Under the pieces are notes generated by a model, which saw only the letters and a program-made list of their open reading frames with translations, did not search any database and was not told the origin of the DNA. Of a DNA stretch of 35,262 bases, positions 19,612 through 27,524 are shown piece by piece (positions within the stretch are counted from its first letter, which is position 1; every line of letters starts with the position of its first letter). The translations under genes and the position numbers were made by a program. Source of the stretch: Pseudobdellovibrio sp. (GTDB taxonomy: Bacteria; Bdellovibrionota; Bdellovibrionia; Bdellovibrionales; Bdellovibrionaceae); assembly GCA_040080445.1 (NCBI GenBank), contig JBEBIK010000001.1:1-35262 (forward strand), read 5' to 3'.

Positions 19612-20587
19612 TTCCACCCTAATTCTTAAAGTTACGGCCGACGACGAAGGCATCAGACTAGATAAATATTTATCTAGTCTCGAAGAAATGTCTTCTCGCA
19701 ATTATGCAAAAAATCTTATCGATAAAAACTTAGTTAGTGTTAATTCAAAAATCGTAAAAGCATCTTACTCTTTAAGATTAAATGACGTTGTAGAAGTTTC
19801 ATTACCAGAACTAGCTCCAACCGACTTGGTACCATATGATTTTAAGCTCGATATTGTTTTTGAAGACCAAGATATTATTGTGGTTAATAAGCCGAGCGGC
19901 TTAGTAGTTCATCCTGCGGCTGGGCACCAGCACGATACTTTAGTTAATGCTTTATTGTTTCATACCAAAGAACTCTCTATGAAAAATGAAATGCGCCCTG
20001 GAATTGTTCATCGCATTGATAAGGAAACGAGCGGATTGTTAGTAATAGCTAAAAACGATAGTGCTCACGAAAAGTTATCGCAGCAGTTTAAAGATAAAAG
20101 TATGCACCGTATTTATTATGCGCTTTTAGACGGACAGCTCGCAAAGCCTAATGGAGTTTGCAGATCTTACTTAGCTCGTCACCCAGTAGACCGTAAAAGA
20201 TTTTCTTCGATTAGAGATAATCACAAAATTATCACCGATCCCGAAGCTGCACTTGAGTATGGCAAATGGGCTGTAACTCATTTTGCTAAACTCGCAATCC
20301 ATAAAAAAATGACTTACGTTAGACTTAAACTTGAAACCGGCAGAACTCATCAGATTCGCGTTCATATGAATGAGCTCACTCACCCATTGGTTGGCGATTT
20401 AACATACGGATACTCTATTAAAAAAATGAAAGAGATTGGCGTTAAGCGCTTCTTTCTTCACGCTGCCGAACTTGGCTTTGTACACCCGCGAACTAACGAA
20501 CATGTCATGTTTAAGGTAGCTTGGCCCAAAGAAGATAACGACAAACTGCTTGAGTTCGGATTTGATCATGACAAACTTTCAAAATAA
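19601..20587 (+). CDS. rluD: RluA-family pseudouridine synthase (RluD-like)
   Basis: S4 domain, NKPSGLVVHP, VHRIDKETSG and ETGRTHQIRVH. Confidence 0.9.
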   Translation: MKTSSTLILKVTADDEGIRLDKYLSSLEEMSSRNYAKNLIDKNLVSVNSKIVKASYSLRLNDVVEVSLPELAPTDLVPYDFKLDIVFEDQDIIVVNKPSGLVVHPAAGHQHDTLVNALLFHTKELSMKNEMRPGIVHRIDKETSGLLVIAKNDSAHEKLSQQFKDKSMHRIYYALLDGQLAKPNGVCRSYLARHPVDRKRFSSIRDNHKIITDPEAALEYGKWAVTHFAKLAIHKKMTYVRLKLETGRTHQIRVHMNELTHPLVGDLTYGYSIKKMKEIGVKRFFLHAAELGFVHPRTNEHVMFKVAWPKEDNDKLLEFGFDHDKLSK

Positions 20588-21236
20588 TTTTGGATTTGGC
20601 TTTAAATCCGATAACTATTTAGTGTTTTTTGGTAACTCAAGAGCTTCGCTAGAAGATTTACAAAATAAATTTACTGAATATACTTTCAAAACGCTCAAAC
20701 AAACACACTCAGACATCGTAATTGAAAGCTCAAGCCAAGCTTCTGAAGCTGATGCGCACTATACAGCTCAAGATAATGAAGCACTGGTTATTGCAACGGC
20801 CGACTGTCTGCCCATTATGGTTTACTGCGAGCAAACTCAAAGAGTTTTAGCTATTCATGCGGGCTGGCGCGGAGTTGAAAATAAGATCGTTGAAAAATCT
20901 TTAAATCAACTTATCACTACAGGCAGTAAAGATAAAAATTTTAAAATTTTTATTGGCCCACATATTTTACAAAGTAGCTTTGAAGTTGAAGCTGACACCT
21001 ATAATCTCTTAGCCAAAGCTCACTATGGGCTCAAGCCTTCGCACTATATGTTTACTCGTAACGATAAATTTTATGTCAACTTAAGTAAAATTGTGATTTC
21101 ACAAATTGAATATGTAATTCAAAAAATGGCAGAAATAGAATTTTTAAGTATCGATACTAAAACCGATAGAGAATACAATTCTTATCGGCGCGATCAAACA
21201 AAGCTAAGAAATTTTAGTTTTGTAGTACGAATTTAG
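20568..21236 (+). CDS. pgeF: Peptidoglycan editing factor / YfiH-family purine nucleoside phosphorylase
   Basis: QTH, ADCLP, HAGWRG and SYRR motifs; canonical position after rluD. ATG at 20568 preferred as start. Confidence 0.9.
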   Translation: MTNFQNNFGFGFKSDNYLVFFGNSRASLEDLQNKFTEYTFKTLKQTHSDIVIESSSQASEADAHYTAQDNEALVIATADCLPIMVYCEQTQRVLAIHAGWRGVENKIVEKSLNQLITTGSKDKNFKIFIGPHILQSSFEVEADTYNLLAKAHYGLKPSHYMFTRNDKFYVNLSKIVISQIEYVIQKMAEIEFLSIDTKTDREYNSYRRDQTKLRNFSFVVRI

Positions 21237-22128
21237 GCTTTAAAGAAACAAACTCCGTAAAATCCCCAACGATCTCTATAATAGATCTGCGTAATGTTTC
21301 AATTGGAGTTGTGGGTTTTTCAGCATGTACTAAGCGATTCATCATATACGCAATACGAAGACCTGCCATGAACACCCTTTTATCTACAACATCGATAAAT
21401 CTTTTTGTGTAAGCCTCTTCTGATTCATCTTTAAATTCATAGGCGGCTGTTCTTGGAACCATAGATTCGTGCATCCAATCGTCATAGCGAACAAACATAT
21501 CTGGAGTTGGCTTTAAATCAATAAATTTGCTCATAAGTGCATTGGCGTAAACTTGCGACTGATCTTGAGTTAAATCAGTGAAGTTATTTTTATAAGCTAA
21601 GTAAATCATCTGAGAATCCCACACGCTGTGAAGATTTGTATCCATGCCTAACCACTTAATCGGAATTTTATTGCCACTGTTATCTTCAATGCGTCCAGTA
21701 TGTAGTGGCTGATGTATATCGCCAACAAAATGCACTACAAACTTTAAAGCATTTTCGCGGTCAAACTTTGTTGCCTTCGGGTCTTTTAAAGTATCTTCAG
21801 CTACATAGAGAGCTTCTAGTAAACCACCAAGCTTGCGAGTGCGGTCGTCTTGGCGTCTTAAGTTATCTAAGTAAGTAAAATTGTCGGGAGCTTTTTCAAA
21901 ATGAAACCAAATTGTAAATTTCCATTCAGGATTGGCTCTGGCAGAATCAGGCCATACAGACGCATCTGAAATTGTTCCACCATTTAATATTTCGGTAACT
22001 TTGGTTTGCGTGTCTTTATCTAAAAAGTTCCATGCAATTTTTGCTGACGCTTTATGAGCTAGCGAACCCCAGCTCCAAGCAATTGAAGAAGTAAAAATCA
22101 GAACACCAAACATTAATAAAAGCTTCAT
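21214..22128 (-). CDS. Secreted S1/P1 nuclease
   Basis: Signal peptide followed by WG..AH, WPD, HFVGDIHQPLH and NLHSVWD zinc-ligand motifs. Confidence 0.92.
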   Translation of the reverse strand: MKLLLMFGVLIFTSSIAWSWGSLAHKASAKIAWNFLDKDTQTKVTEILNGGTISDASVWPDSARANPEWKFTIWFHFEKAPDNFTYLDNLRRQDDRTRKLGGLLEALYVAEDTLKDPKATKFDRENALKFVVHFVGDIHQPLHTGRIEDNSGNKIPIKWLGMDTNLHSVWDSQMIYLAYKNNFTDLTQDQSQVYANALMSKFIDLKPTPDMFVRYDDWMHESMVPRTAAYEFKDESEEAYTKRFIDVVDKRVFMAGLRIAYMMNRLVHAEKPTTPIETLRRSIIEIVGDFTEFVSLKPKFVLQN

Positions 22129-22267
22129 GCTTTACCACCTTTTGATATACTTAATGAGAATAATAAATTGCATGAAACGCAATACAAATAAGGCTTTGCA
22201 GAAGCGTCATAATTCAATCTTAACATTTTTGCTTGTTTTAATTGCGCTCAGATGCGCCACCGTGGCC

Positions 22268-23848
22268 TTATGACGAAATCGACATTTTTTCTTTTCTAAA
22301 ATAAACTTTAGCGCTCTCTTTTAAAAAGCTCCAAATATGAACCTGATGAACTAATTCTCTTTGTTTTTTTAATTCATAACTGATTGCAAATAAAATTCCC
22401 CATTGGTGCAACAGTGATTTATAGGCCGTAAGAACTGGCGTGCTTGGGTCCCATATATGGGTGGCTTCTGCACTGGCTCCATTGATTTCTACAATTTTAA
22501 AACCTTCGCCTTTTTTTAGCTTTTCAACTGACTCATAACGTAAGTCATAACGACCAAAATAAAAGTGAGGTGTCTTTTTCGAAATTATATCAATGGCTTC
22601 TGTAAGCTCGGGTGTTATTAATTCTTGGCCATTAAAAAACAAGGCACCTTGGCAGTGGTTTCCGCATTCTGATAAAAACAATTGTTCGCCTTTGGGTAAA
22701 ACCGTATCAAGTTTTTCTTGGTGACGGCCATAATACGCCGGCAGCAGAATGCGTGCTCTGCTATCAGCAGCTATAATATCACCTAAGGCTGATTTTCCAT
22801 CTCCAGTAACTGTCGGAAATTTTTTGTCGGTGATCGAATAAATAAATCCTTTGCTCTCATTTGGATAACGTATATAAAAGATTCCTGCTTCATTTCTAAA
22901 AGAACAATAATCTTGAACGATTAAATCAAATGAAGAATCTTTAAAATATGACTCTAAATCAATCTCATTTCTAATAATTCTAACACCAAAGCCTCTTTGT
23001 CCAACATCGGGCTTGAGAATTATCGGATACTTAAATTCGTTTTTCTCAAGCTCTTTTTTTAAATCTATAAGTCTTTGGTCTTTAGCAAACTTTATTGTTT
23101 TAAGAGTGCTGGAGTCTGCTGCGTTTAAATGTTGTAAGAAGTCCCACTTACTTTCTCCTAGAATGCCGCCGTTATGCACTGTGGGATTAATGTAAAAAGG
23201 AACAAAAAAACTACGATATCTTATCGATTGAAAAAAATAATAGAAATAAAGCGGAATGTAAAAAAACCAAGCGGGCCAAAATTCAAAACTAGTCCATTTT
23301 CGCCAAGAGTTAAATAAAATTTCTCTCTCCCACTTATCAAAAAACTTCGGCAATACCTGATTTAATAAATAAAATATTAGTATTAGTATAGCCATGCCAA
23401 GAAAAATATTATTTGAAAAATAATTCATTAATTTTAATCCGCCCATAAATGCCGCCAGCACCCACACAAAAACACTGATCAATGTTAATACGTTAAATCT
23501 TAAAAATGAATACCCGCTTATGCCGGCCAGCAAGTAAGTAATGACCCGTGTGCCTGGCAAAAACCTTGAAACAACCACCAAATAACCTATCGAGTGTTTT
23601 TTTCTAAACCTGGCAAGTTTTTGTTGGTTTTTTTTAAAGAAACCAAGCTGACTGATAAATTTTAGCTTCGTCGACAGAAATCCCATTATATAAATGCCGA
23701 TATCTCCTATAGCTATACCAAGAAAGCTCGCAACAAATGCCGCTTCATAAGAAATCTTATTTTGTGATGCTAAAGTAATTGCGGCGATTAAAGCTGCATC
23801 TTCTAATGCGAATGTCCCAATAAAAATTGATAAAAAATATGTACTCAT
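22268..23848 (-). CDS. DedA/VTT membrane domain fused to ATP-grasp (carboxylate-amine ligase-like) domain
   Basis: N-terminal ED, GD..Y..G and SRFLPG.R (DedA). C-terminal FEFWP, GESK, PIILKPDVGQRG.GV, IVQDY, GNHCQG, FGRYDLRY and IVEING (ATP-grasp). Confidence 0.85.
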   Translation of the reverse strand: MSTYFLSIFIGTFALEDAALIAAITLASQNKISYEAAFVASFLGIAIGDIGIYIMGFLSTKLKFISQLGFFKKNQQKLARFRKKHSIGYLVVVSRFLPGTRVITYLLAGISGYSFLRFNVLTLISVFVWVLAAFMGGLKLMNYFSNNIFLGMAILILIFYLLNQVLPKFFDKWEREILFNSWRKWTSFEFWPAWFFYIPLYFYYFFQSIRYRSFFVPFYINPTVHNGGILGESKWDFLQHLNAADSSTLKTIKFAKDQRLIDLKKELEKNEFKYPIILKPDVGQRGFGVRIIRNEIDLESYFKDSSFDLIVQDYCSFRNEAGIFYIRYPNESKGFIYSITDKKFPTVTGDGKSALGDIIAADSRARILLPAYYGRHQEKLDTVLPKGEQLFLSECGNHCQGALFFNGQELITPELTEAIDIISKKTPHFYFGRYDLRYESVEKLKKGEGFKIVEINGASAEATHIWDPSTPVLTAYKSLLHQWGILFAISYELKKQRELVHQVHIWSFLKESAKVYFRKEKMSISS

Positions 23849-23855
23849 GTCTTAT

Positions 23856-23885
23856 GTAAGAGCATTTAAACCTTCTTTCGTTACA
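23856..23885 (-). promoter_or_regulatory. ECF-type promoter for the DedA/ATP-grasp gene
   Basis: Minus strand TGTAACGAA-N14-CTCTTAC, 7 nt before the ATG. Boxes and spacing are identical to the divergent copy. Confidence 0.75.
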
Positions 23886-23942
23886 ATAGGCTCTCAATAA
23901 CGCCTAAGGTCGCTATAATTTTACAATTAATTGCCTAATGAC

Positions 23943-23972
23943 TGTAACGAACCCTATTAGATAGTCTCTTAC
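23943..23972 (+). promoter_or_regulatory. ECF-type promoter for the YHS-DoxX-CDO/CSAD operon
   Basis: TGTAACGAA-N14-CTCTTAC followed by GGAGG RBS and ATG at 23991. Confidence 0.75.
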
Positions 23973-23990
23973 TGTTATCGGAGGATTCGA

Positions 23991-24446
23991 ATGTATCAAA
24001 AAACTACTATAGCTCTACTTTTGAGTTTGTTTTGTATAACAGCTTTTGCCAAAAATGAGGCTAATCTCGAAAATGGAGTCATTTTAAAAGGTTACGATTC
24101 TGTAAGTTACTTTAAAAATAAGCCGAGCAAAGGCAACCCAGAATTTAAATTTCAAGATGGTGAAGTCACCTATCTTTTCAGTAACGCTGAAAACCTAGCT
24201 GAGTTTAAAAAATCTCCCGAAAAATATAAGCCGGCCTATGGTGGCTGGTGTGCTACTGCAGTCGTAAAAGAAAAAAAAGTAGATATTGATCCCACCAATT
24301 ATAAAATTACAAATGGAAGATTATTTCTTTTTTATCGCGAAGAGGGGTTATTTGGTGGTGACGCTAAGCCTGACTGGATAGAAAATGAACCAGCAAACAC
24401 TATAAAAGCAGACAAAAATTGGCCCAAAATTAAGGACAAAGAATAA
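23991..24446 (+). CDS. Secreted YHS-domain protein, (seleno)protein family with Cys form
   Basis: Signal peptide; GYD.VSYF, YLFS..EN...F...PEKY.PAYGGWCA and ADKNWP. Confidence 0.85.
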   Translation: MYQKTTIALLLSLFCITAFAKNEANLENGVILKGYDSVSYFKNKPSKGNPEFKFQDGEVTYLFSNAENLAEFKKSPEKYKPAYGGWCATAVVKEKKVDIDPTNYKITNGRLFLFYREEGLFGGDAKPDWIENEPANTIKADKNWPKIKDKE

Positions 24447-24447
24447 T

Positions 24448-24843
24448 ATGAAACATGTAATACTCGTTTTAAGAATTATTGCTGCAGGTATTTTATTTCA
24501 AACACTTTTTTTTAAATTTACTGGAGCCCCAGAGTCTGTTTATATTTTTACAACAGTAGGAATTGAACCTTGGGGTCGATGGGGATCAGGCGTTGCTGAG
24601 TTAATTGCTAGTATTTTATTACTTGTGCCTGCAACTCAAGCTTTTGGGGCCGTTTTCGCAATTATGATCATGGCTGGAGCAATTATGAGTCACATTTTAT
24701 TTTTAGGTATTAATGTACAAAATGATAACGGCTTATTGTTTTTTCTGGCGCTAACCGTACTTATCTGTTCGGGTATAATTGCGGCTTATAATCGATCTCA
24801 ATTACAAAAATTTGCATTGGATGCACTTAAATGGACAAAATAG
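24448..24843 (+). CDS. DoxX-family membrane protein
   Basis: Four hydrophobic helices; QTLFFKF.G, G..EL and M.GAI..H. Confidence 0.85.
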   Translation: MKHVILVLRIIAAGILFQTLFFKFTGAPESVYIFTTVGIEPWGRWGSGVAELIASILLLVPATQAFGAVFAIMIMAGAIMSHILFLGINVQNDNGLLFFLALTVLICSGIIAAYNRSQLQKFALDALKWTK

Positions 24844-26489
24844 CTCAGCACAACAATCTTGAATTAAAAAAAAATTACACTCGACAGGTTTTATTACAAA
24901 CCGAAAATTTTGAATTGGTTTCTTGCGAATGGCTCGCTGGTTCAAAATCTGACTTACACTCTCACGGCTTTACTCAATGTCATATTTTAGTACAAGAGGG
25001 TGAGTTTACTAATGTTTTAAAGTCCGCACATAATTCACAAAGTAAGGTTTACCGAGTAGGCGAAGTTATAAGCGTGTATTCTGGTGTGCAACATCAAATT
25101 GAATGTTCGTCTATAACTGGCAAAACCTTTCATGTTTACACTCCGAAATTAATTGACGATGTTGAAACCAATATTTCAAATAACTTTGCTCCAGTTGATC
25201 CGCAAAAAATTCATAGCTTAATTGATATCTCGCTGAAAAACCACGGAGTTAGCTTTCAGGACTTAATTCAAATCACTGAAGTTGTAAAAAGCCTCAGTGT
25301 TAAAACAGATTCTATTCATTTTATGAATCAACTTTTTTCAGGCGTTCACCCAGAATCACTTTTAGCTGATCAGGTTATTGCCCAAACTCGCACAACTGCT
25401 GCAACTTACGAAGCTAGTCCGGTGTTCACCACTATAGAATTAGAAGTCATTAAAAAGCTAGGCGAACTCATTGGTTGGAATACTGAAAGCTGCGACGGAA
25501 TCACCGTGGCTGGAGGAAGTGCCGCTAACTTTATGGCCTTACATTGCGCCCGCCATCGCCACAATCCTAATTACAAACAAACAGGCATGGCTGGTGCACA
25601 ATATAAAATTTTTGTGTCTAAAGAAGCTCATTACTCATTTCAAAAGGCCTGTGTAGCCATGGGCTTTGGCTTAGATAGTTTAGTTTTAGTAGATGCCGAT
25701 CAAAACGGAAAAATGAACCCTGCTCATCTCCAAGAATTAATTTTAATTTCTATCAAGCAAAAACAAACTCCGTTGCTAGTTTGTGCCACTGCAGGCACAA
25801 CAGTACTAGGCGCTTTTGATCCAATACAAGTAATGTCTGAAATATGTAAAAAGCATAATATTTGGCTGCATATTGATGGTGCTTGGGGCGGACCAATTCT
25901 ATTTTCTGAAAGACGAAATACTCTATTAGCAGGAATTGAAAATTGCGACTCTATGACTTTTGATGCGCACAAACTACTAGGCGCAACACTCGCCTGCAGT
26001 TTTTTCTTAACTCAACATCAAGGTTTACTATTTGATGCAAATAATGTTTCTGGTGGCGCTTACTTATTTCATGAAGATAATGAAACTCCAGATTTAGGCC
26101 GCCAATCTTGGCAATGCGGGCGCCGGCCCGATGCTTTTAGTTTCTGGCTTATGTGGAAGAGTCAGGGATCTGAAGGTTTCAAAAAATTAATAGATCACCT
26201 TTACTCCGTACAAACCGAAAGCGTGGCGTGGATTAAAAAACAAGCTCATCTTACATTAGTGAACGAGCCAGAATTTTTTAATCTCTGCGTAAGAGTAAAA
26301 AATCCAAATCGCCAAGACGACAATACTTGGTCGACTGAGGTGCGTAACCGTCTTAAATCAGAAAATAAAACCATGATGAATTTTTCTACCAACCAAGACG
26401 GAAGTTTTTTAAGACTCATCTTGGCCAATCCACAAATTGAAACAGAACATGTTAAAAATATTTTAACGGCTGCTCTTGAGATGCACTAA
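24831..26489 (+). CDS. Fusion of cysteine dioxygenase-like cupin and group II PLP decarboxylase (CSAD/GAD-like)
   Basis: Cupin part has YTR, W..G..S.LHSH....C, H88 and TFHVYTP. Decarboxylase part has FMNQLFSG, TYEASPVF, HYS, TAGTTVLGAFDP, WLHIDGAWGG, DAHK381 and QCGRR.D. Confidence 0.85.
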   Translation: MDKIAQHNNLELKKNYTRQVLLQTENFELVSCEWLAGSKSDLHSHGFTQCHILVQEGEFTNVLKSAHNSQSKVYRVGEVISVYSGVQHQIECSSITGKTFHVYTPKLIDDVETNISNNFAPVDPQKIHSLIDISLKNHGVSFQDLIQITEVVKSLSVKTDSIHFMNQLFSGVHPESLLADQVIAQTRTTAATYEASPVFTTIELEVIKKLGELIGWNTESCDGITVAGGSAANFMALHCARHRHNPNYKQTGMAGAQYKIFVSKEAHYSFQKACVAMGFGLDSLVLVDADQNGKMNPAHLQELILISIKQKQTPLLVCATAGTTVLGAFDPIQVMSEICKKHNIWLHIDGAWGGPILFSERRNTLLAGIENCDSMTFDAHKLLGATLACSFFLTQHQGLLFDANNVSGGAYLFHEDNETPDLGRQSWQCGRRPDAFSFWLMWKSQGSEGFKKLIDHLYSVQTESVAWIKKQAHLTLVNEPEFFNLCVRVKNPNRQDDNTWSTEVRNRLKSENKTMMNFSTNQDGSFLRLILANPQIETEHVKNILTAALEMH

Positions 26490-26824
26490 TAATGTTTGTT
26501 CGAGTGCTTTTTTAACAATTCTGTATTTAATTTTTCAGCTTCAGCAGTATTCATTTGTTTTATTTTTATAGTCTCTGAGCTGTATAAGCGACGCAACGCT
26601 TGCCGCAAACCAGAACTGATTTCAGAATAGTTTTTACAGATCTGACAAATACTCAAATGCAGGCGATATCTCATTCTTAAACTAAATGCTGCCTTTTCTA
26701 AATTTCCATTAGATAAGTCTGCGGCCTGTTTGCAGGTTAAGGCAAATTTTTCGCGCGCTGAACCACTCTTATAGAAATAAATATTGTGCCAAATCTCTCT
26801 AAAATTTCTAAACAGCTTTTTCAT
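26486..26824 (-). CDS. Zinc-binding anti-sigma factor (ZAS/zf-HC2), soluble
   Basis: LTCK...RLHLSICQIC (C...HxxxCxxC). 4-nt overlap with the sigma gene and no TM segment. Confidence 0.8.
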   Translation of the reverse strand: MKKLFRNFREIWHNIYFYKSGSAREKFALTCKQAADLSNGNLEKAAFSLRMRYRLHLSICQICKNYSEISSGLRQALRRLYSSETIKIKQMNTAEAEKLNTELLKKHSNKHY

Positions 26825-27429
26825 ACTTCTTTACTCTCAGTTAAGCCTTGAATACAGCTCTTAAGCTTATCTTTAGCTCTAAAAATCAATACCCTTAAGT
26901 TAGAGAGCGAAATGCCCAAAACATTACAAATATTTTCAGAATTTTCTTCTTCGATTTCTTTTAATACAAACGCTGTTTTTTGTTGTTCTGAAAGCCCCTC
27001 TAGGCAATCCTCAACCATTTTTTGTAACTCGACAGACTCAATCCATTTATCTGGAGATACTGGCTCATTAATCCACCAGCCCTCTGAGGTAAAGCTTTGC
27101 GAGTAAATTTTTTCGCCATCTTCTTCGTAAACGAATTTTTTAACAGCTCTTCTGTGCTCTCTAATTTTATTGATCAAAATTCCGGTAACAAATGTAGACA
27201 AACTGGATCTACCTTCAAAGGCTTCAAAGTTTTCGAAAAATTTTTGCCATGTTTGATGTATCAAATCTTCTGTATGAGGCTTAAAAATTTGATTAGCATA
27301 AGTTATCTTAATTAAGATTGGGTTAAGTTCAGTAAACAACTGATCCAAAAACTGGGGGTCTCTGTCTTTGATCAACTTTATTAGCTCTTCATGATTTAAA
27401 TTTTTTAAAGCTGTTTTGAATTTACTCAC
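26821..27429 (-). CDS. ECF RNA polymerase sigma factor
   Basis: EDLIHQT...FEGRSSLSTF..GI..NK (region 2) and L...Q..AF.LKE...IC..LGIS.SN.RV...RAK..L (region 4). GTG start. Confidence 0.92.
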   Translation of the reverse strand: MSKFKTALKNLNHEELIKLIKDRDPQFLDQLFTELNPILIKITYANQIFKPHTEDLIHQTWQKFFENFEAFEGRSSLSTFVTGILINKIREHRRAVKKFVYEEDGEKIYSQSFTSEGWWINEPVSPDKWIESVELQKMVEDCLEGLSEQQKTAFVLKEIEEENSENICNVLGISLSNLRVLIFRAKDKLKSCIQGLTESKEV

Positions 27430-27524
27430 GTCATGAGATTATAAACTGTATATAAGATATGCAAGCACTGCTTCATAATCTTCAACTTAGTTGCCAATTT
27501 CGAAAGCTAACTTATACTAAAGCC

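Noticed and set aside
22268-23300. D-Ala-D-Ala ligase (ddl) call
   Set aside because: Only the generic ATP-grasp motifs are present. Ddl-specific GG.S.E and LHG..GEDG motifs are absent and the protein is DedA-fused.
25190-26489. Siderophore-type (DABA/lysine) decarboxylase or bacterial GadB call
   Set aside because: The motifs are animal GAD/CSAD-like (NQLFSG, TYExxPVF, QCGRR), no siderophore synthetase or antiporter is adjacent, and the fused CDO points to cysteine sulfinate.
27459-27524. Longer acyltransferase start
   Set aside because: This stretch holds the divergent promoter elements; ATG 27525 fits better.
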